DNA from: Coriobacteriia bacterium
GTDB taxonomy: Bacteria > Actinomycetota > Coriobacteriia > Anaerosomatales > Kmv31
Reading direction: 5' to 3'
Assembly: GCA_014859305.1 (NCBI GenBank)
Contig: JACUUM010000002.1
Location: forward strand, 9,077 to 73,076
DNA: 64,000 bases
Shown here: piece after piece, positions 1 through 10,335 of the stretch
Position numbering within the stretch: position 1 is the stretch's first letter
How the letters are laid out: each line of letters opens with the position of its first letter
The notes under the pieces: generated by a model
The model's input: the letters and a program-made list of their open reading frames with translations, nothing else
Told to the model about the DNA's origin: nothing
The model's database searches: none
Program-made: the position numbers and the translations under genes

Positions 1-717
1 GCCTCGCGCTCCGAGGAGCCCGGCGACCTCGCCCCCGGCCGCTACACGGTCCTGCTCGCTCCCGAGGCGGTCTCGACGATCCTGCAGTTCCTCGCCTACA
101 CCGGCTTCTCGGCGAAGTCCGTCGAGGAGGGCAGCTCGTTCATGACCGGCCGGCTCGGCGAGCGCGTGATGTCGGAGACCGTGACGATCGCCGACGACGC
201 GCTCGCGCCCGAGGCACTCGGCGCGACCTTCGACTTCGAGGGCGTGCCGAAGCGCCGCACGCCCCTGGTGGAGCGCGGCGTGGCCGTCGCACCGGTGACG
301 GACTCGTACTGGGCCGCCCGCACGGGCCGGAAGAACACCGGGCACGCGCTGCCGGCTCCGAACGCGTTCGGCCCCTACCCCCTCAACCTCGAGATGGCGC
401 CCGGCGAGACCACCGAGGACGCCTTGCTGGCCTCGGTCGACCGCGGCGTCTACGTCACGCGCTTCCACTACGTCAACGTCGAGGACCCGGTCAAGGTCCT
501 GCTGACCGGCATGACCCGCGACGGGACCTTCCTCATCGAGGGCGGCGCCCTGACGCGCCCGTTGAAGAACCTGCGGTTCACGCAGGGCGTGATCGAGGCG
601 CTCGGCGAGGTCGCCGGCATCGGCGACGTACGCCAGCACGTGGGGGAGGCCGGCGAGTCGGCACTCGTGCCGGCGCTGCTGCTGGACGGGTTCGAGTTCA
701 CCGGCCAGACCAGCTAG
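1..717 (+). CDS. TldD/PmbA family metallopeptidase, C-terminal part (5' end outside window)
   Basis: Frame 1 is open from the window edge. The tail FHYVNVEDPVKVLLTGMTRDGTFLIEGG...LKNLRFTQ is the TldD/PmbA C-terminal domain. TAG stop at 715-717. Confidence 0.8.
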   Translation, partial: ASRSEEPGDLAPGRYTVLLAPEAVSTILQFLAYTGFSAKSVEEGSSFMTGRLGERVMSETVTIADDALAPEALGATFDFEGVPKRRTPLVERGVAVAPVTDSYWAARTGRKNTGHALPAPNAFGPYPLNLEMAPGETTEDALLASVDRGVYVTRFHYVNVEDPVKVLLTGMTRDGTFLIEGGALTRPLKNLRFTQGVIEALGEVAGIGDVRQHVGEAGESALVPALLLDGFEFTGQTS

Positions 718-800
718 CCCTCCGGCACGTCCCGCCGCCTGCGCCGCCGGCCGCGCTCCCGCCGTCACCGCGCTCCTCGCCGCCGCACGCCCGAGACGCT

Positions 801-884
801 CCAAGGCCCCGGCGCTTCCGCCGAGGCCTTGGGGTGGGACGCGGTTCCCGAGTGGAGGGGCGCCACCGGATGGGAACCGCGTCC
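801..884 (+). terminator. Two adjacent GC-rich hairpins downstream of the TldD/PmbA stop
   Basis: CCAAGGCC(801-808)/GGCCTTGG(825-832), then a 13-bp perfect stem GGACGCGGTTCCC(837-849)/GGGAACCGCGTCC(872-884). They are followed by a less GC-rich stretch containing TTTGT. There is no clear U-tract. Confidence 0.35.
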
Positions 885-954
885 ATCAGGCACCTTTGTC
901 CTGACAATCTCGTTATCGGGCACTGTGACCTGGCACTTTAGCGACATCGCGCGG

Positions 955-970
955 TGTGACACCGGTCACA
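955..970. promoter_or_regulatory. Perfect CRP/FNR-type palindrome TGTGA-N6-TCACA
   Basis: TGTGAcaccggTCACA was read directly and is preceded by G (GTGTGA). It lies in a convergent intergenic region with locally lower GC. Related sites are at 49832-49847 and 57396-57411. Confidence 0.4.
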
Positions 971-1087
971 TCGGACGGGCGCGGACGCGCGGCGGGGACC
1001 GCGGAGGCGGCGTGCACGGGAGGCCGGCGGCGGGGACCGAAGCGAACACTCCGCAGCCGGGGAGGGCGGCGAAGCCGCCAGGGGGCC

Positions 1088-1173
1088 CCGGCGAGGACCG
1101 TGAGCGCAGCGTCCCCGCCGCCGGCCCACCCCGGCGGGGACCGTGAGCGCAGTGTCCCCGCCGCCGGCCCGAC
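1088..1173 (-). repeat. Tandem 43-nt direct repeat (2 copies, 40/43 identical), each forming an 11-bp GC hairpin; probable tandem terminators of the ATPase operon
   Basis: Copy 1 is 1088-1130 and copy 2 is 1131-1173. Copy 2 folds as CCGGCGGGGAC-12 nt-GTCCCCGCCGG (perfect); copy 1 has one mismatch. Copy 2 ends 5 nt from the atpD stop (1179). Confidence 0.75.
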
Positions 1174-1178
1174 GGACG

Positions 1179-1811
1179 CTACCGCTTCTCCTGCGCCGCG
1201 ATGATCTCCTTGACCTTCATCAGCCGCGTCAGGTTTCCGCGCTCCGCCTCCTCCAGCTTCATCTGGATGGAGCGGATGGTCTCCTGCAGCTGGGGGATGA
1301 GCACGTGCTCGAGCGCGTTGACGCGGCGGCGGGTGCGCTCGATCTCCCCGGCGAGCAGCTCGATGGCCTTCTCGCGCTCGGCCAGCTCGACCAGCCTGGG
1401 CGCGACGGCCGCGAGGCGGTCCAGCGCCACGTCGAGCACGGCGGGCGTGCTCAGCAGCGAATAGCCGCCCGGCACGCGCAGCGGCGCCAGCGTGAAGACC
1501 GGGATGCGCACGCTCATCAGGCTGCGCTCGGTCACGGTCAGCACGTCGGCGGGCTCGCCGGAGGACAGCGCCTGGGCCAGCAGCGCCCGGCCGGTCTCGC
1601 CCCGCGCGACCGCGATCCAGCCGTACGCCGCGTTCAGCTCGCGTTCGACGTCGCGGCGCAGCCTGCTCGTCTCCCCGACGCGCTCGAGGAACTCCTTCAT
1701 CAGCTCGTCGAGCTTGTCCTTGAGCAGCTTGTGGCCGCGCTGCGCCACGGCGGTGCGCCGGCGCAGCTTGAGCAGCTCCATGCGGTTGGGGTTGACGCGC
1801 AGCGCCGGCAT
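1179..1811 (-). CDS. atpD: V/A-type ATP synthase subunit D
   Basis: 210 aa. MPALRVNPNRMELLKLRRR...GHKLLKDKLDEL is the subunit D signature. ATG 1811 is preceded by AAGGGGGAGG. Confidence 0.95.
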   Translation of the reverse strand: MPALRVNPNRMELLKLRRRTAVAQRGHKLLKDKLDELMKEFLERVGETSRLRRDVERELNAAYGWIAVARGETGRALLAQALSSGEPADVLTVTERSLMSVRIPVFTLAPLRVPGGYSLLSTPAVLDVALDRLAAVAPRLVELAEREKAIELLAGEIERTRRRVNALEHVLIPQLQETIRSIQMKLEEAERGNLTRLMKVKEIIAAQEKR

Positions 1812-1839
1812 CAGCGCCTCCCCCTTCTCGGACAGCGGC

Positions 1840-2031
1840 TCACGGCCGGGTCACCCGCCACAGCGCGTAGGCCAGGATGCCGAGGACCGCGAGGTAGTTG
1901 AGCACGCGGATCGCGGTCACCGTCCTGTTCGGACGCAAGCCCAGGCGCCGCAACGCACGCTGCCCGATGAGCTGCAGCACGGCCAGCACCAGCAGCAGCG
2001 CCGCGACGGCCAGCCAAGCCACCGGGCTCAC
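1840..2031 (-). CDS. Small two-helix membrane protein of unknown function embedded in the ATPase operon
   Basis: 63-aa ORF with a GTG start and two hydrophobic helices (VAWLAVAALLLVLAVLQLIG, LNYLAVLGILAYALW). Third positions are G/C-rich. It sits between the atpB stop and the atpD start. I recognise no family. Confidence 0.45.
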   Translation of the reverse strand: MSPVAWLAVAALLLVLAVLQLIGQRALRRLGLRPNRTVTAIRVLNYLAVLGILAYALWRVTRP

Positions 2032-2034
2032 GCA

Positions 2035-3531
<1,497 letters not shown>

Positions 3532-5394
3532 CTACGCCTCCCCCCCGGCCATCGCGTAGGCCTCTTCGGTCCCGGGGCCCACGACCTGCGTGTCGATGTC
3601 GGAGGAGATCTCGGCGAAGAGCCGCTCGGCCTCGTCCTCCTCGGCGTACTTGAAGCGCGCGATGCGCTCGCGCACCGGAGCCGCGAAGATCTCCGCCAGC
3701 GCGGCGCCGCCCGCCTGCGCCTCGATCGCCTTGACGTGGAAGCGCAGGATGAGCTCCAGCAGCCTGTCCTGCTTGGCCAGCGACGTGAACTGGTCGTCGT
3801 CGCGGAAGGCGTTCTGCTGCAGGAAGTCCTCGCGGATCGACTTGGCGACCTCCATGATGATCTGCTCCTCCGCGGACAACGCCTCGACGCCCACGAGCCG
3901 GGCGATCTCCACCAGCTCGCTCTCGCGCTGCAGGATCGCCATGCACTCGTCGCGCCGCCGGCGGTAGGCCGGCGAGACCTGCTGCGACCAGTATGCCGAG
4001 ACCTTGTCCAGATACAGGGAGTAGGAGACGAGCCAGTTGATCGCTGGGAAGTGCCGCTCGTACGCCAGGCGGTCCTCCAGCGCCCAGAAGGTCTTCACGA
4101 CCCGCAGCGTGTTCTGCACGACCGGCTCGGACAGGTCGCCGCCGGGCGGCGAGACCGACCCGATGACGGTGACGGAGCCGAGGCGCTCGTGGCCGTCGGC
4201 GGGCGAGGCGTCGTAGACGCGCTCGCCGTCCTCGGCCTCGTGGCGCTCGTGACCCGGCACCGGGCCGCCGAGGCACACCACGCGCCCGGCCCGCTCGTAG
4301 AAGGCCGCCAGCCGGGTGCCGAGGTAGGCCGGGAAGCCCTCCTCGCCGGGCATCTCCTCGAGGCGCCCGGAGATCTCGCGCATCGCCTCGGCCCAGCGCG
4401 ACGTGGAGTCGGCCTGCAGCACGACGTTGTAGCCCATGTCGCGGAAGTACTCGGCCATGGTGACGCCGGTGTACACGCTGGCCTCGCGAGCGGCCACGGG
4501 CATGTTCGACGTGTTGGCGACGAGCACGGTGCGCCTCATGAGCGGCTGGCCGGAGTACGGGTCGACGAGCTCGGGGAACTCCATGAGCACGTCGGTCATC
4601 TCGTTGCCGCGCTCACCGCAGCCGATGAAGACCACGATCTCGGCGTTGGACCACTTGGCGATCTGGTGCTGGGTGACGGTCTTGCCGGCACCGAAGGGCC
4701 CGGGGATGCACGCCGCGCCGCCCTGCACGCACGGGAAGAACGTGTCGATCACGCGGGTGCCGGTCACCAGCGGGCGGTCCGCCGAGACCTTGCGCCCGTA
4801 CGGGCGCGGGATGCGCACCGGCCAGCGCTGCATCATCGTGAGCTCCTCGGTGCGGCCGTCGCCGGTGTTCAGGACCGCCACCGTGTCGGTGACCGTGTGC
4901 GTGCCGCCCCGGATCGACTCCAGCACGCCGGAGAGCCCCGGGGGCACCATGACGCGGTGGCTGATGACCTCGTTCTCCTGCACCACCCCTATGACGTCGC
5001 CGCCGCGCAGGCGCTCGCCCACCTCGGCGGCGGGGGCGAAGAGCCACTGCGCCTCGCGATCCAGACCCGGCGCATGAACGCCGCGCTCGAGGAAGGAGCC
5101 CGAGCGGGCCTCCAGAGCGTCCAGCGGGCGCTGCACGCCGTCGTAGACGCCGCCGAGCATGCCCGGCCCGAGCTCGACCGAGAGCGGCGCGCCGGTGGAG
5201 ACGACGGGGTCGCCGGGGCGCAGGCCCTCGGTCTCCTCGTAGACCTGTATCGAGCTGCGCTCCCCGCGCATCTCGATGATCTCGCCCATGAGGCCCTCGT
5301 CGCCCACGCGCACGAGGTCGTACATCTTCGAGCCGGCCAGCCCCTCGGCGATGACCAGGGGCCCCGCGACCTTGACCACCTTGCCTTGCTCCAT
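3532..5394 (-). CDS. atpA: V/A-type ATP synthase catalytic subunit A
   Basis: The track ORF is 844 aa, but the first 224 aa are Arg/Gly-rich and overlap atpF/atpC. The real start is ATG 5394 (MEQGKVVKVAGPLVIAEG), overlapping the atpF stop (ATGA). Walker A is GPFGAGKT. 620 aa. Confidence 0.93.
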   Translation of the reverse strand: MEQGKVVKVAGPLVIAEGLAGSKMYDLVRVGDEGLMGEIIEMRGERSSIQVYEETEGLRPGDPVVSTGAPLSVELGPGMLGGVYDGVQRPLDALEARSGSFLERGVHAPGLDREAQWLFAPAAEVGERLRGGDVIGVVQENEVISHRVMVPPGLSGVLESIRGGTHTVTDTVAVLNTGDGRTEELTMMQRWPVRIPRPYGRKVSADRPLVTGTRVIDTFFPCVQGGAACIPGPFGAGKTVTQHQIAKWSNAEIVVFIGCGERGNEMTDVLMEFPELVDPYSGQPLMRRTVLVANTSNMPVAAREASVYTGVTMAEYFRDMGYNVVLQADSTSRWAEAMREISGRLEEMPGEEGFPAYLGTRLAAFYERAGRVVCLGGPVPGHERHEAEDGERVYDASPADGHERLGSVTVIGSVSPPGGDLSEPVVQNTLRVVKTFWALEDRLAYERHFPAINWLVSYSLYLDKVSAYWSQQVSPAYRRRRDECMAILQRESELVEIARLVGVEALSAEEQIIMEVAKSIREDFLQQNAFRDDDQFTSLAKQDRLLELILRFHVKAIEAQAGGAALAEIFAAPVRERIARFKYAEEDEAERLFAEISSDIDTQVVGPGTEEAYAMAGGEA

Positions 5395-5717
5395 CAGTCT
5401 TCCTCTTCCTTGACGAACGCCGTCGTCCCGAGCGCCCGCACTATCGCATCGTCCAGCTTGGCCTGCCCCACCCCGGCCGCTCTGCCCGCGCCGGGGATCA
5501 CCGTCACCGCCGGGACGGGCCTGTCCACCACCTCGGCCGCCAGATCGGCCACCGCCTCGTATGCCGGCTCGGTCACCAGCACGACGCCGTACTCGCCCGC
5601 GACCAGGCGCGGCCAGGCCTCCCGCGCCTCCTCGGCCGTCTCGGCCGGGAACACGGCGATGCCCAGCGGCCTGAACCCCGCTACGCTCGTCCTGTCTCCC
5701 AGCACCGCGATCCTCAT
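5394..5717 (-). CDS. atpF: V/A-type ATP synthase subunit F
   Basis: 107 aa, MRIAVLGDRTSVAGFRPLGIAVF..., in the typical position upstream of A. Confidence 0.9.
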   Translation of the reverse strand: MRIAVLGDRTSVAGFRPLGIAVFPAETAEEAREAWPRLVAGEYGVVLVTEPAYEAVADLAAEVVDRPVPAVTVIPGAGRAAGVGQAKLDDAIVRALGTTAFVKEEED

Positions 5718-5720
5718 CGC

Positions 5721-6719
5721 CTACACGACCGTTTCCCTCATGCGTCCGCGAAGCACGTCCACGCTCACGCCGGCGAGCTTCCCCAGCAGCAGGGTGCGGA
5801 CGGCCTGGTTCTGCGATCGCATCGACATCACGTACGCCAGCACCGGCTCCGGCCCGACCGCGATGCGGTGGGCGCGGTGCAGGAAGCGCGCGAGCTCGGT
5901 GTCGAGCGCGACGTCGGTGCGCTCCGGGTCGACGAGCTTCTCGACCGAGGCCCGCCTGAGCTCCCCGGCACGCGCGAGCCGCTCGACGGCCTCGGGCAGC
6001 GGCAGCCGGTAGAGCGCCGCCAGGTCGCGGCGCTCGAGAGAGCCGCCCTCGGGGAGCATCGGCCACACCGCGGCCGCGGTGAGCTCGCGGGCCCGCCCGC
6101 GGACGAAGACCCTCACGTTCCCCGAGTCGATCAGCAGCCGCACCAGGTCGCGCAGGAACGCGCTGCCCGACTCCTCGGCGTTCAGCCGCATGTCGGTCAG
6201 CATCGCGGCGTCCACGACGCGGTCGGCGATCTCGGGCATCAGCTGCCCGTCCGGGCCGGCCGCCGAGGCGCGCGCCGCCGCCTCGGTCTCGGCCAGCCGT
6301 CCGGTGAGGCGACCGGTCGGGCCGAACGCCTCCGCCGGGACCCGCCCGAGCGGCTCGAGCATCTCGTCGATGGGGATGCCGAGCGCCTCGGCGCGCAGCT
6401 TGGCCTTCAGGTTGTCGTAGTCGTGCTGCACGCGCAGCAGGGACACGAAGGGCTCGGGCAGGTTCGAGCGCTCCAGGAGGTCCACGTACAGCTCCTCCAG
6501 GGCGCGGTCCAGCGCCAGCTCGACGTCCACCGAGGTGTGGGCCCGCTCCAGCAGGCCGCCGTAGACGGTCTCGGAGAGGATGCGCTTCTGGTCCTCGAAC
6601 GCAGGGGCGTCCGCCAGCCTCTCGTAGGTGCTCCGCCCGAGCAGGCGGGCCTCGAGCACGCGCACGCGCCCGACGGCGTAGCCGTAGCGCAGCGGGTCGC
6701 CTATCGCGCGCGCGAACAT
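5721..6719 (-). CDS. atpC: V/A-type ATP synthase subunit C (d-like)
   Basis: 332-aa helical protein with the position and length of subunit C between E and F. Confidence 0.85.
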   Translation of the reverse strand: MFARAIGDPLRYGYAVGRVRVLEARLLGRSTYERLADAPAFEDQKRILSETVYGGLLERAHTSVDVELALDRALEELYVDLLERSNLPEPFVSLLRVQHDYDNLKAKLRAEALGIPIDEMLEPLGRVPAEAFGPTGRLTGRLAETEAAARASAAGPDGQLMPEIADRVVDAAMLTDMRLNAEESGSAFLRDLVRLLIDSGNVRVFVRGRARELTAAAVWPMLPEGGSLERRDLAALYRLPLPEAVERLARAGELRRASVEKLVDPERTDVALDTELARFLHRAHRIAVGPEPVLAYVMSMRSQNQAVRTLLLGKLAGVSVDVLRGRMRETVV

Positions 6720-6724
6720 CCCGG

Positions 6725-7312
6725 CTATCCCTCCTCGCCGAAGAGCACCTCGGCCGCCTTGGCCGTCAGCTCCTCGGACCTTGCCCGCACCATCGCCGCG
6801 GGCGACACCTCGACGCGCATGCGCGACCCCTCCAGCATCACGCCCCGCTCCACGGGCGCGGGCTCCCGCGCGACGGTCACCTCGGGCCCTCCCGCGGCCC
6901 GCACGGCCTCCGCGAGCCTGCCGTCGAGCCGCGCGGCGTCGGCGGGTGCGATCAGCACGCGCTCCCCGCCGCGAGCACCTCTCGCCACGCCGGCCGCGAG
7001 CAGCGCGACATAGGCGTCGTCGGGCAGGGCGTCCAGTTCGCGGACGGCCTCGGACAGCGCGTGCTCGACCACCCGCCTGCGCTCGGCCACCGCCCGGTCC
7101 CGCGCGCGCAGCCTGGCCCCGGCCAGCATCGTGCGCGCCTCGGCGTCGGCCTCCGCCCTCGCGCGCGACACCGCGGCCTCCTTCTCGGCCGCCGCCCTCG
7201 CCTCGGCCTCACGGACCCGCTCCTCGGCGGCGTGCCGGGCGGACTGCACCATCGCCGCCGCCTCCCTGCGGGCGTCCGAGTGGATCCGTTCGAGTATGTC
7301 CGCCAGCGCCAC
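6725..7312 (-). CDS. atpE: V/A-type ATP synthase subunit E
   Basis: 195 aa, GTG start. The N-terminal half is an Ala/Glu/Arg-rich coiled coil, as in the peripheral stalk subunit. Operon position fits. Confidence 0.85.
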   Translation of the reverse strand: MALADILERIHSDARREAAAMVQSARHAAEERVREAEARAAAEKEAAVSRARAEADAEARTMLAGARLRARDRAVAERRRVVEHALSEAVRELDALPDDAYVALLAAGVARGARGGERVLIAPADAARLDGRLAEAVRAAGGPEVTVAREPAPVERGVMLEGSRMRVEVSPAAMVRARSEELTAKAAEVLFGEEG

Positions 7313-7315
7313 CTC

Positions 7316-7825
7316 TCACGCTCCGGCGGCCTGGGAGGCGAGCAGGAGCAGGAGGATCGTCACGATGAGCGAGAACACCGCGTACGTCTCGACCAGCGCG
7401 GGCAGGATGAGCGCCTTGCCGGCGTCCTCCTCGCGCCTGGCCACCATGCCCGCCGCGCCGACGGCTGCGGCACCCTGGTAGATGCCGCTGAACAGGCAGA
7501 TGAACGCGACCGGCAGGCACGAGAAGAAGATGCGCAGCCCCTCGGCGACGCTCAGGTCCGGCGGGCCCTCGAAGAACCCGAAGAAGATGAGCACGAGCAG
7601 CGCGGTGATCAGCCCGTAGATGCCCTGCGTGCCCGGCATCGCGATCAGCGGGAGGACCTTGCCGAACTTCTCGGGTTCCTCGGAGATGATCCCGGCGGCC
7701 GTGTTGGAGATGGTCGTGATGCCGATGGCCGAGCCGATGCCTCCTCCGATCGCCGCCAGTGCGGCGCCGAAGTAGGCCCACTCGAGCCCCCCCATCCCGG
7801 ATAAGCCCAGTATCACGTCGTTCAC
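7316..7825 (-). CDS. atpK: V/A-type ATP synthase subunit K (proteolipid)
   Basis: 169 aa with four hydrophobic helices and the motifs IGGGIGSAIG and MPGTQGIYGLITALLV. The GTG start overlaps the atpI stop (GTGA). Confidence 0.9.
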   Translation of the reverse strand: MNDVILGLSGMGGLEWAYFGAALAAIGGGIGSAIGITTISNTAAGIISEEPEKFGKVLPLIAMPGTQGIYGLITALLVLIFFGFFEGPPDLSVAEGLRIFFSCLPVAFICLFSGIYQGAAAVGAAGMVARREEDAGKALILPALVETYAVFSLIVTILLLLLASQAAGA

Positions 7826-9993
7826 GACCCGGTTCCTCCTTCCGGCCGACCCTGTGACGGGTGCAGCACCAAAGACTTCCTGCGCAGCGAGAACGGTGTG
7901 AAGTTGCGCCCGCCGCCTTCGTAGAACTTACTGAAGAACTCGACGTACTGCAGGCGCGTGGGGTGCACGAACGCGCCGAGCAGGTTGATGGTGAGGTTGA
8001 ACGCGTGGCCCACCACGATGATCAGCACCGCGAGCAGGATGCCGAGGACCGGCAGGGAGCCGGAGACCAGCCCCGCGAGGCGGTTCATCACATCCCCCAC
8101 CAGGAAGCTCGCCAGCCCTAGGGCGGCCAGGCGGGAGTACGACAGGAAGTCCGACGCGAAGCCGACCAGCCCGTAGACCCCGTACAGCCCCGTGAGCGTG
8201 CCGACGACGGCGGCCCTCGCCGCGCGCGAGACCGCCAGGCCGAGCACCGTGACGGCGAGCAGGGGCCACCCGAGGCGGACCGGCAGCGCGAAGGCCGCCG
8301 CGAGTATCCAGGCCGCCAGCAGCGCGACGAACGCCCAGCCCAGCGCCCGGTCCCACAGAGCCGCCCCTTGCGGCTTCAGCGGGGCGGCGAAGACGCGCCC
8401 CTTGGCGAACACGGTCGCCCCGAAGCCGGCCAGCAGCACCGTGGACACCGGCGCCGCGGCCGCCGCCGGCACGAGGCCGATGACGATGGCCAGCGCGTAG
8501 AGCGCCACGCCGATCACGAACACGGTGGAGAGCTCGTCGAGCACGGCGTCGGCCCACTCCCCCTCGCGGAAGTGACGGTACGCGCGCGTGAGCACCCCCA
8601 CCAGCACGTGCACGACGCCGATGGCCACGGAGAAGACCAGGAGCGGCAGGATGTCGATGGGCAGCTCTATGAGGGCGTCGTAGGCCAGCGGTCCGGGCAG
8701 CGCCGTCGAGGCGATCGAGAAGTACGAGCCCGTGGCGACACCGACGATGAACGTGGCGACGCTGCCCATCATGAGCAGGTCCATGAAGCGCTTCACGCCG
8801 TCGGCCACGTCGAGCCTGTGCTTGATCAGCCAGGCCACGGCGAAGAGCACCACCCCGTAACCGGCGTCGCTCAGCGCCATGCCGAAGAACAGGAAGAAGA
8901 ACCCCGCCAGCAGCGGCGTCGGGTCGAGCTCGCCGTAGCGCGGCCGGCCGTAGAGGTCGGTGAGCACCTCGAAGGGCCGGATGAGGCGCGGGTTGGCCAG
9001 CGTCACCGGCGGCTCCTCGGAGGGGTCGGGTCTCTCGAAGGACACGTCCACCCTGGAAGCCACCGGCTCCAGCTCCCGCAGCAGCGCGTCGCGCTCGGCC
9101 TCGACGACCCAGCCTTTGAGCACGAACGCGCGCTCGGTCGAGCCGAACGACTCCCGAAGACCGACCGCGTCGCGCCGCGACAGCAGCGACTGCACCAGGG
9201 CGACGGAGCGGTGGTAGTGGCGCGCGGAGAGGTCCCGGGCGCGCGCCACGGCCTCGGCCTCCTCCTGGTCCAGGCGTCCCAGGCGCTCCTCGGCGCGGCT
9301 GATCTCCTCGGCGGGATAGTCGCTCAAGCCCGGGAAGGAGACCTCCTCGAACTCCGTGGTCGCCAGCACCGCCTTCACCTCGGACACGACGTCGCGGTGG
9401 GCCATCACGACCCAGGCCTGCCGCTCGGCGACCACGCCGAGCTCGGCCACGGTCACCTCGTCGACGGCCCCGCGCAGCGCCTGCCGGATGTCTTCCGAGC
9501 GCGACGGGGGCACCGTGCCGGTGAACAGCGCCACGTTCTCGGTGCCGCGCCACATGGAGATCTGGAGGTGGAAGTCGCGCCATGGATGGAGGTCGTGGAC
9601 CACGTCGCTCAGGCGCTCGCGCTCGCGTTCGATGGTCGCGACGGCGTCGGCGAGCTGCTCGGCCTCCCGGTACAGTGCCCAGAAGGGCTCGTCGGCGGCC
9701 AGCGCGAGGTACTCGTCGCGGGCGATGTGCACCTTCTCGGACACGAACGTCGAGAACCGGCCGGTCATCCGGTGGTACCGCCCGAGGAAGTCCCGGACGA
9801 ACTGCGCGGAGGCGATCTGCTCGTCGAGCCCGCGCAGCCGCTCGAGGTCGGCTTCCTCCAGCCGCGGCGGCGCCTGCTCGAAGCGCTCCTCGGTGACCTC
9901 CACCGCGCCGGCGTTCTGGAGCCTGCCGACCACCTCGTCGAGGTCCGGCCGGTACCCGAACACGGTGATCCTCAGCATCCTCGCGACGGCCAT
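7822..9993 (-). CDS. atpI: V/A-type ATP synthase subunit I (a-like)
   Basis: The first 80 aa of the 803-aa track ORF are junk. The start is ATG 9993 (MAVARMLRITVFGY). It has a soluble N-terminal domain and a multi-TM C-terminal domain. Confidence 0.9.
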   Translation of the reverse strand: MAVARMLRITVFGYRPDLDEVVGRLQNAGAVEVTEERFEQAPPRLEEADLERLRGLDEQIASAQFVRDFLGRYHRMTGRFSTFVSEKVHIARDEYLALAADEPFWALYREAEQLADAVATIERERERLSDVVHDLHPWRDFHLQISMWRGTENVALFTGTVPPSRSEDIRQALRGAVDEVTVAELGVVAERQAWVVMAHRDVVSEVKAVLATTEFEEVSFPGLSDYPAEEISRAEERLGRLDQEEAEAVARARDLSARHYHRSVALVQSLLSRRDAVGLRESFGSTERAFVLKGWVVEAERDALLRELEPVASRVDVSFERPDPSEEPPVTLANPRLIRPFEVLTDLYGRPRYGELDPTPLLAGFFFLFFGMALSDAGYGVVLFAVAWLIKHRLDVADGVKRFMDLLMMGSVATFIVGVATGSYFSIASTALPGPLAYDALIELPIDILPLLVFSVAIGVVHVLVGVLTRAYRHFREGEWADAVLDELSTVFVIGVALYALAIVIGLVPAAAAAPVSTVLLAGFGATVFAKGRVFAAPLKPQGAALWDRALGWAFVALLAAWILAAAFALPVRLGWPLLAVTVLGLAVSRAARAAVVGTLTGLYGVYGLVGFASDFLSYSRLAALGLASFLVGDVMNRLAGLVSGSLPVLGILLAVLIIVVGHAFNLTINLLGAFVHPTRLQYVEFFSKFYEGGGRNFTPFSLRRKSLVLHPSQGRPEGGTGS

Positions 9994-9997
9994 GACG

Positions 9998-10303
9998 CTA
10001 CCCCGCGACCTCCCGGACGACCGCCGCGACGGCGGAGGGCAACCGCTCCTCGGCACGGCGGAGCTGTTCGGAAAGGCGCGACTCGGCGTCCCGTTCCACC
10101 TCGGCGCTCTCGACGCGTGCGCTCTCCAGCGCGCGGTCGCGGATCGCGGCGGACCGGTCGGCGGCCTCCCGTTCGGCGGCCGCCATGGCCGCCTCGGCCT
10201 CCTCGGCCGCTTCGCGCGCGATCGTGCGCGCACGCTCCCTGGCGGCGTCCATGGCGCGGCGAGCCTCTTCCTCGGCCCGCAGGATCTGGTCGAGCTTCTC
10301 CAT
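9998..10303 (-). CDS. V/A-type ATP synthase small stalk subunit (G/H)
   Basis: 101-aa Ala/Glu/Arg coiled-coil protein (MEKLDQILRAEEEARRAM...). First gene of the operon, 4 nt upstream of atpI. Confidence 0.7.
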   Translation of the reverse strand: MEKLDQILRAEEEARRAMDAARERARTIAREAAEEAEAAMAAAEREAADRSAAIRDRALESARVESAEVERDAESRLSEQLRRAEERLPSAVAAVVREVAG

Positions 10304-10335
10304 AGCCCCTCACTCCGGCCCGGCGCGTTCCCGCG

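Noticed and set aside
931-945. A sigma-54 promoter suggested by TGGCAC at 931-936.
   Set aside because: The downstream GC dinucleotide is 9 nt from the GG rather than the canonical 12, there is no TTGC element, and there is no downstream gene.
765-1146. Track ORFs of 65 aa (765-962, minus) and 105 aa (829-1146, plus) in the convergent intergenic region.
   Set aside because: They have no SD, and their composition is low-complexity or Pro/Gly/Arg-rich. GC3 is atypical for genes of this genome, and they overlap hairpins and repeats. The region is kept only as a candidate regulatory or sRNA locus.
1088-1173. A possible CRISPR array, suggested by the repeated 43-nt units.
   Set aside because: There are only two copies, directly adjacent, with no unique spacers and no cas genes. 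They fit better as tandem hairpin terminators or a REP-like duplication.
5395-6066. The 224-aa N-terminal extension of atpA in the ORF track. Similar extensions occur in atpI (to 10233), nfnB (to 22090), UdgX (to 51716), rsmI (to 39240) and others.
   Set aside because: The extensions overlap upstream genes in another frame and are low-complexity. Conserved N-termini with SD sequences or coupled overlaps (ATGA/GTGA) occur at the internal starts.
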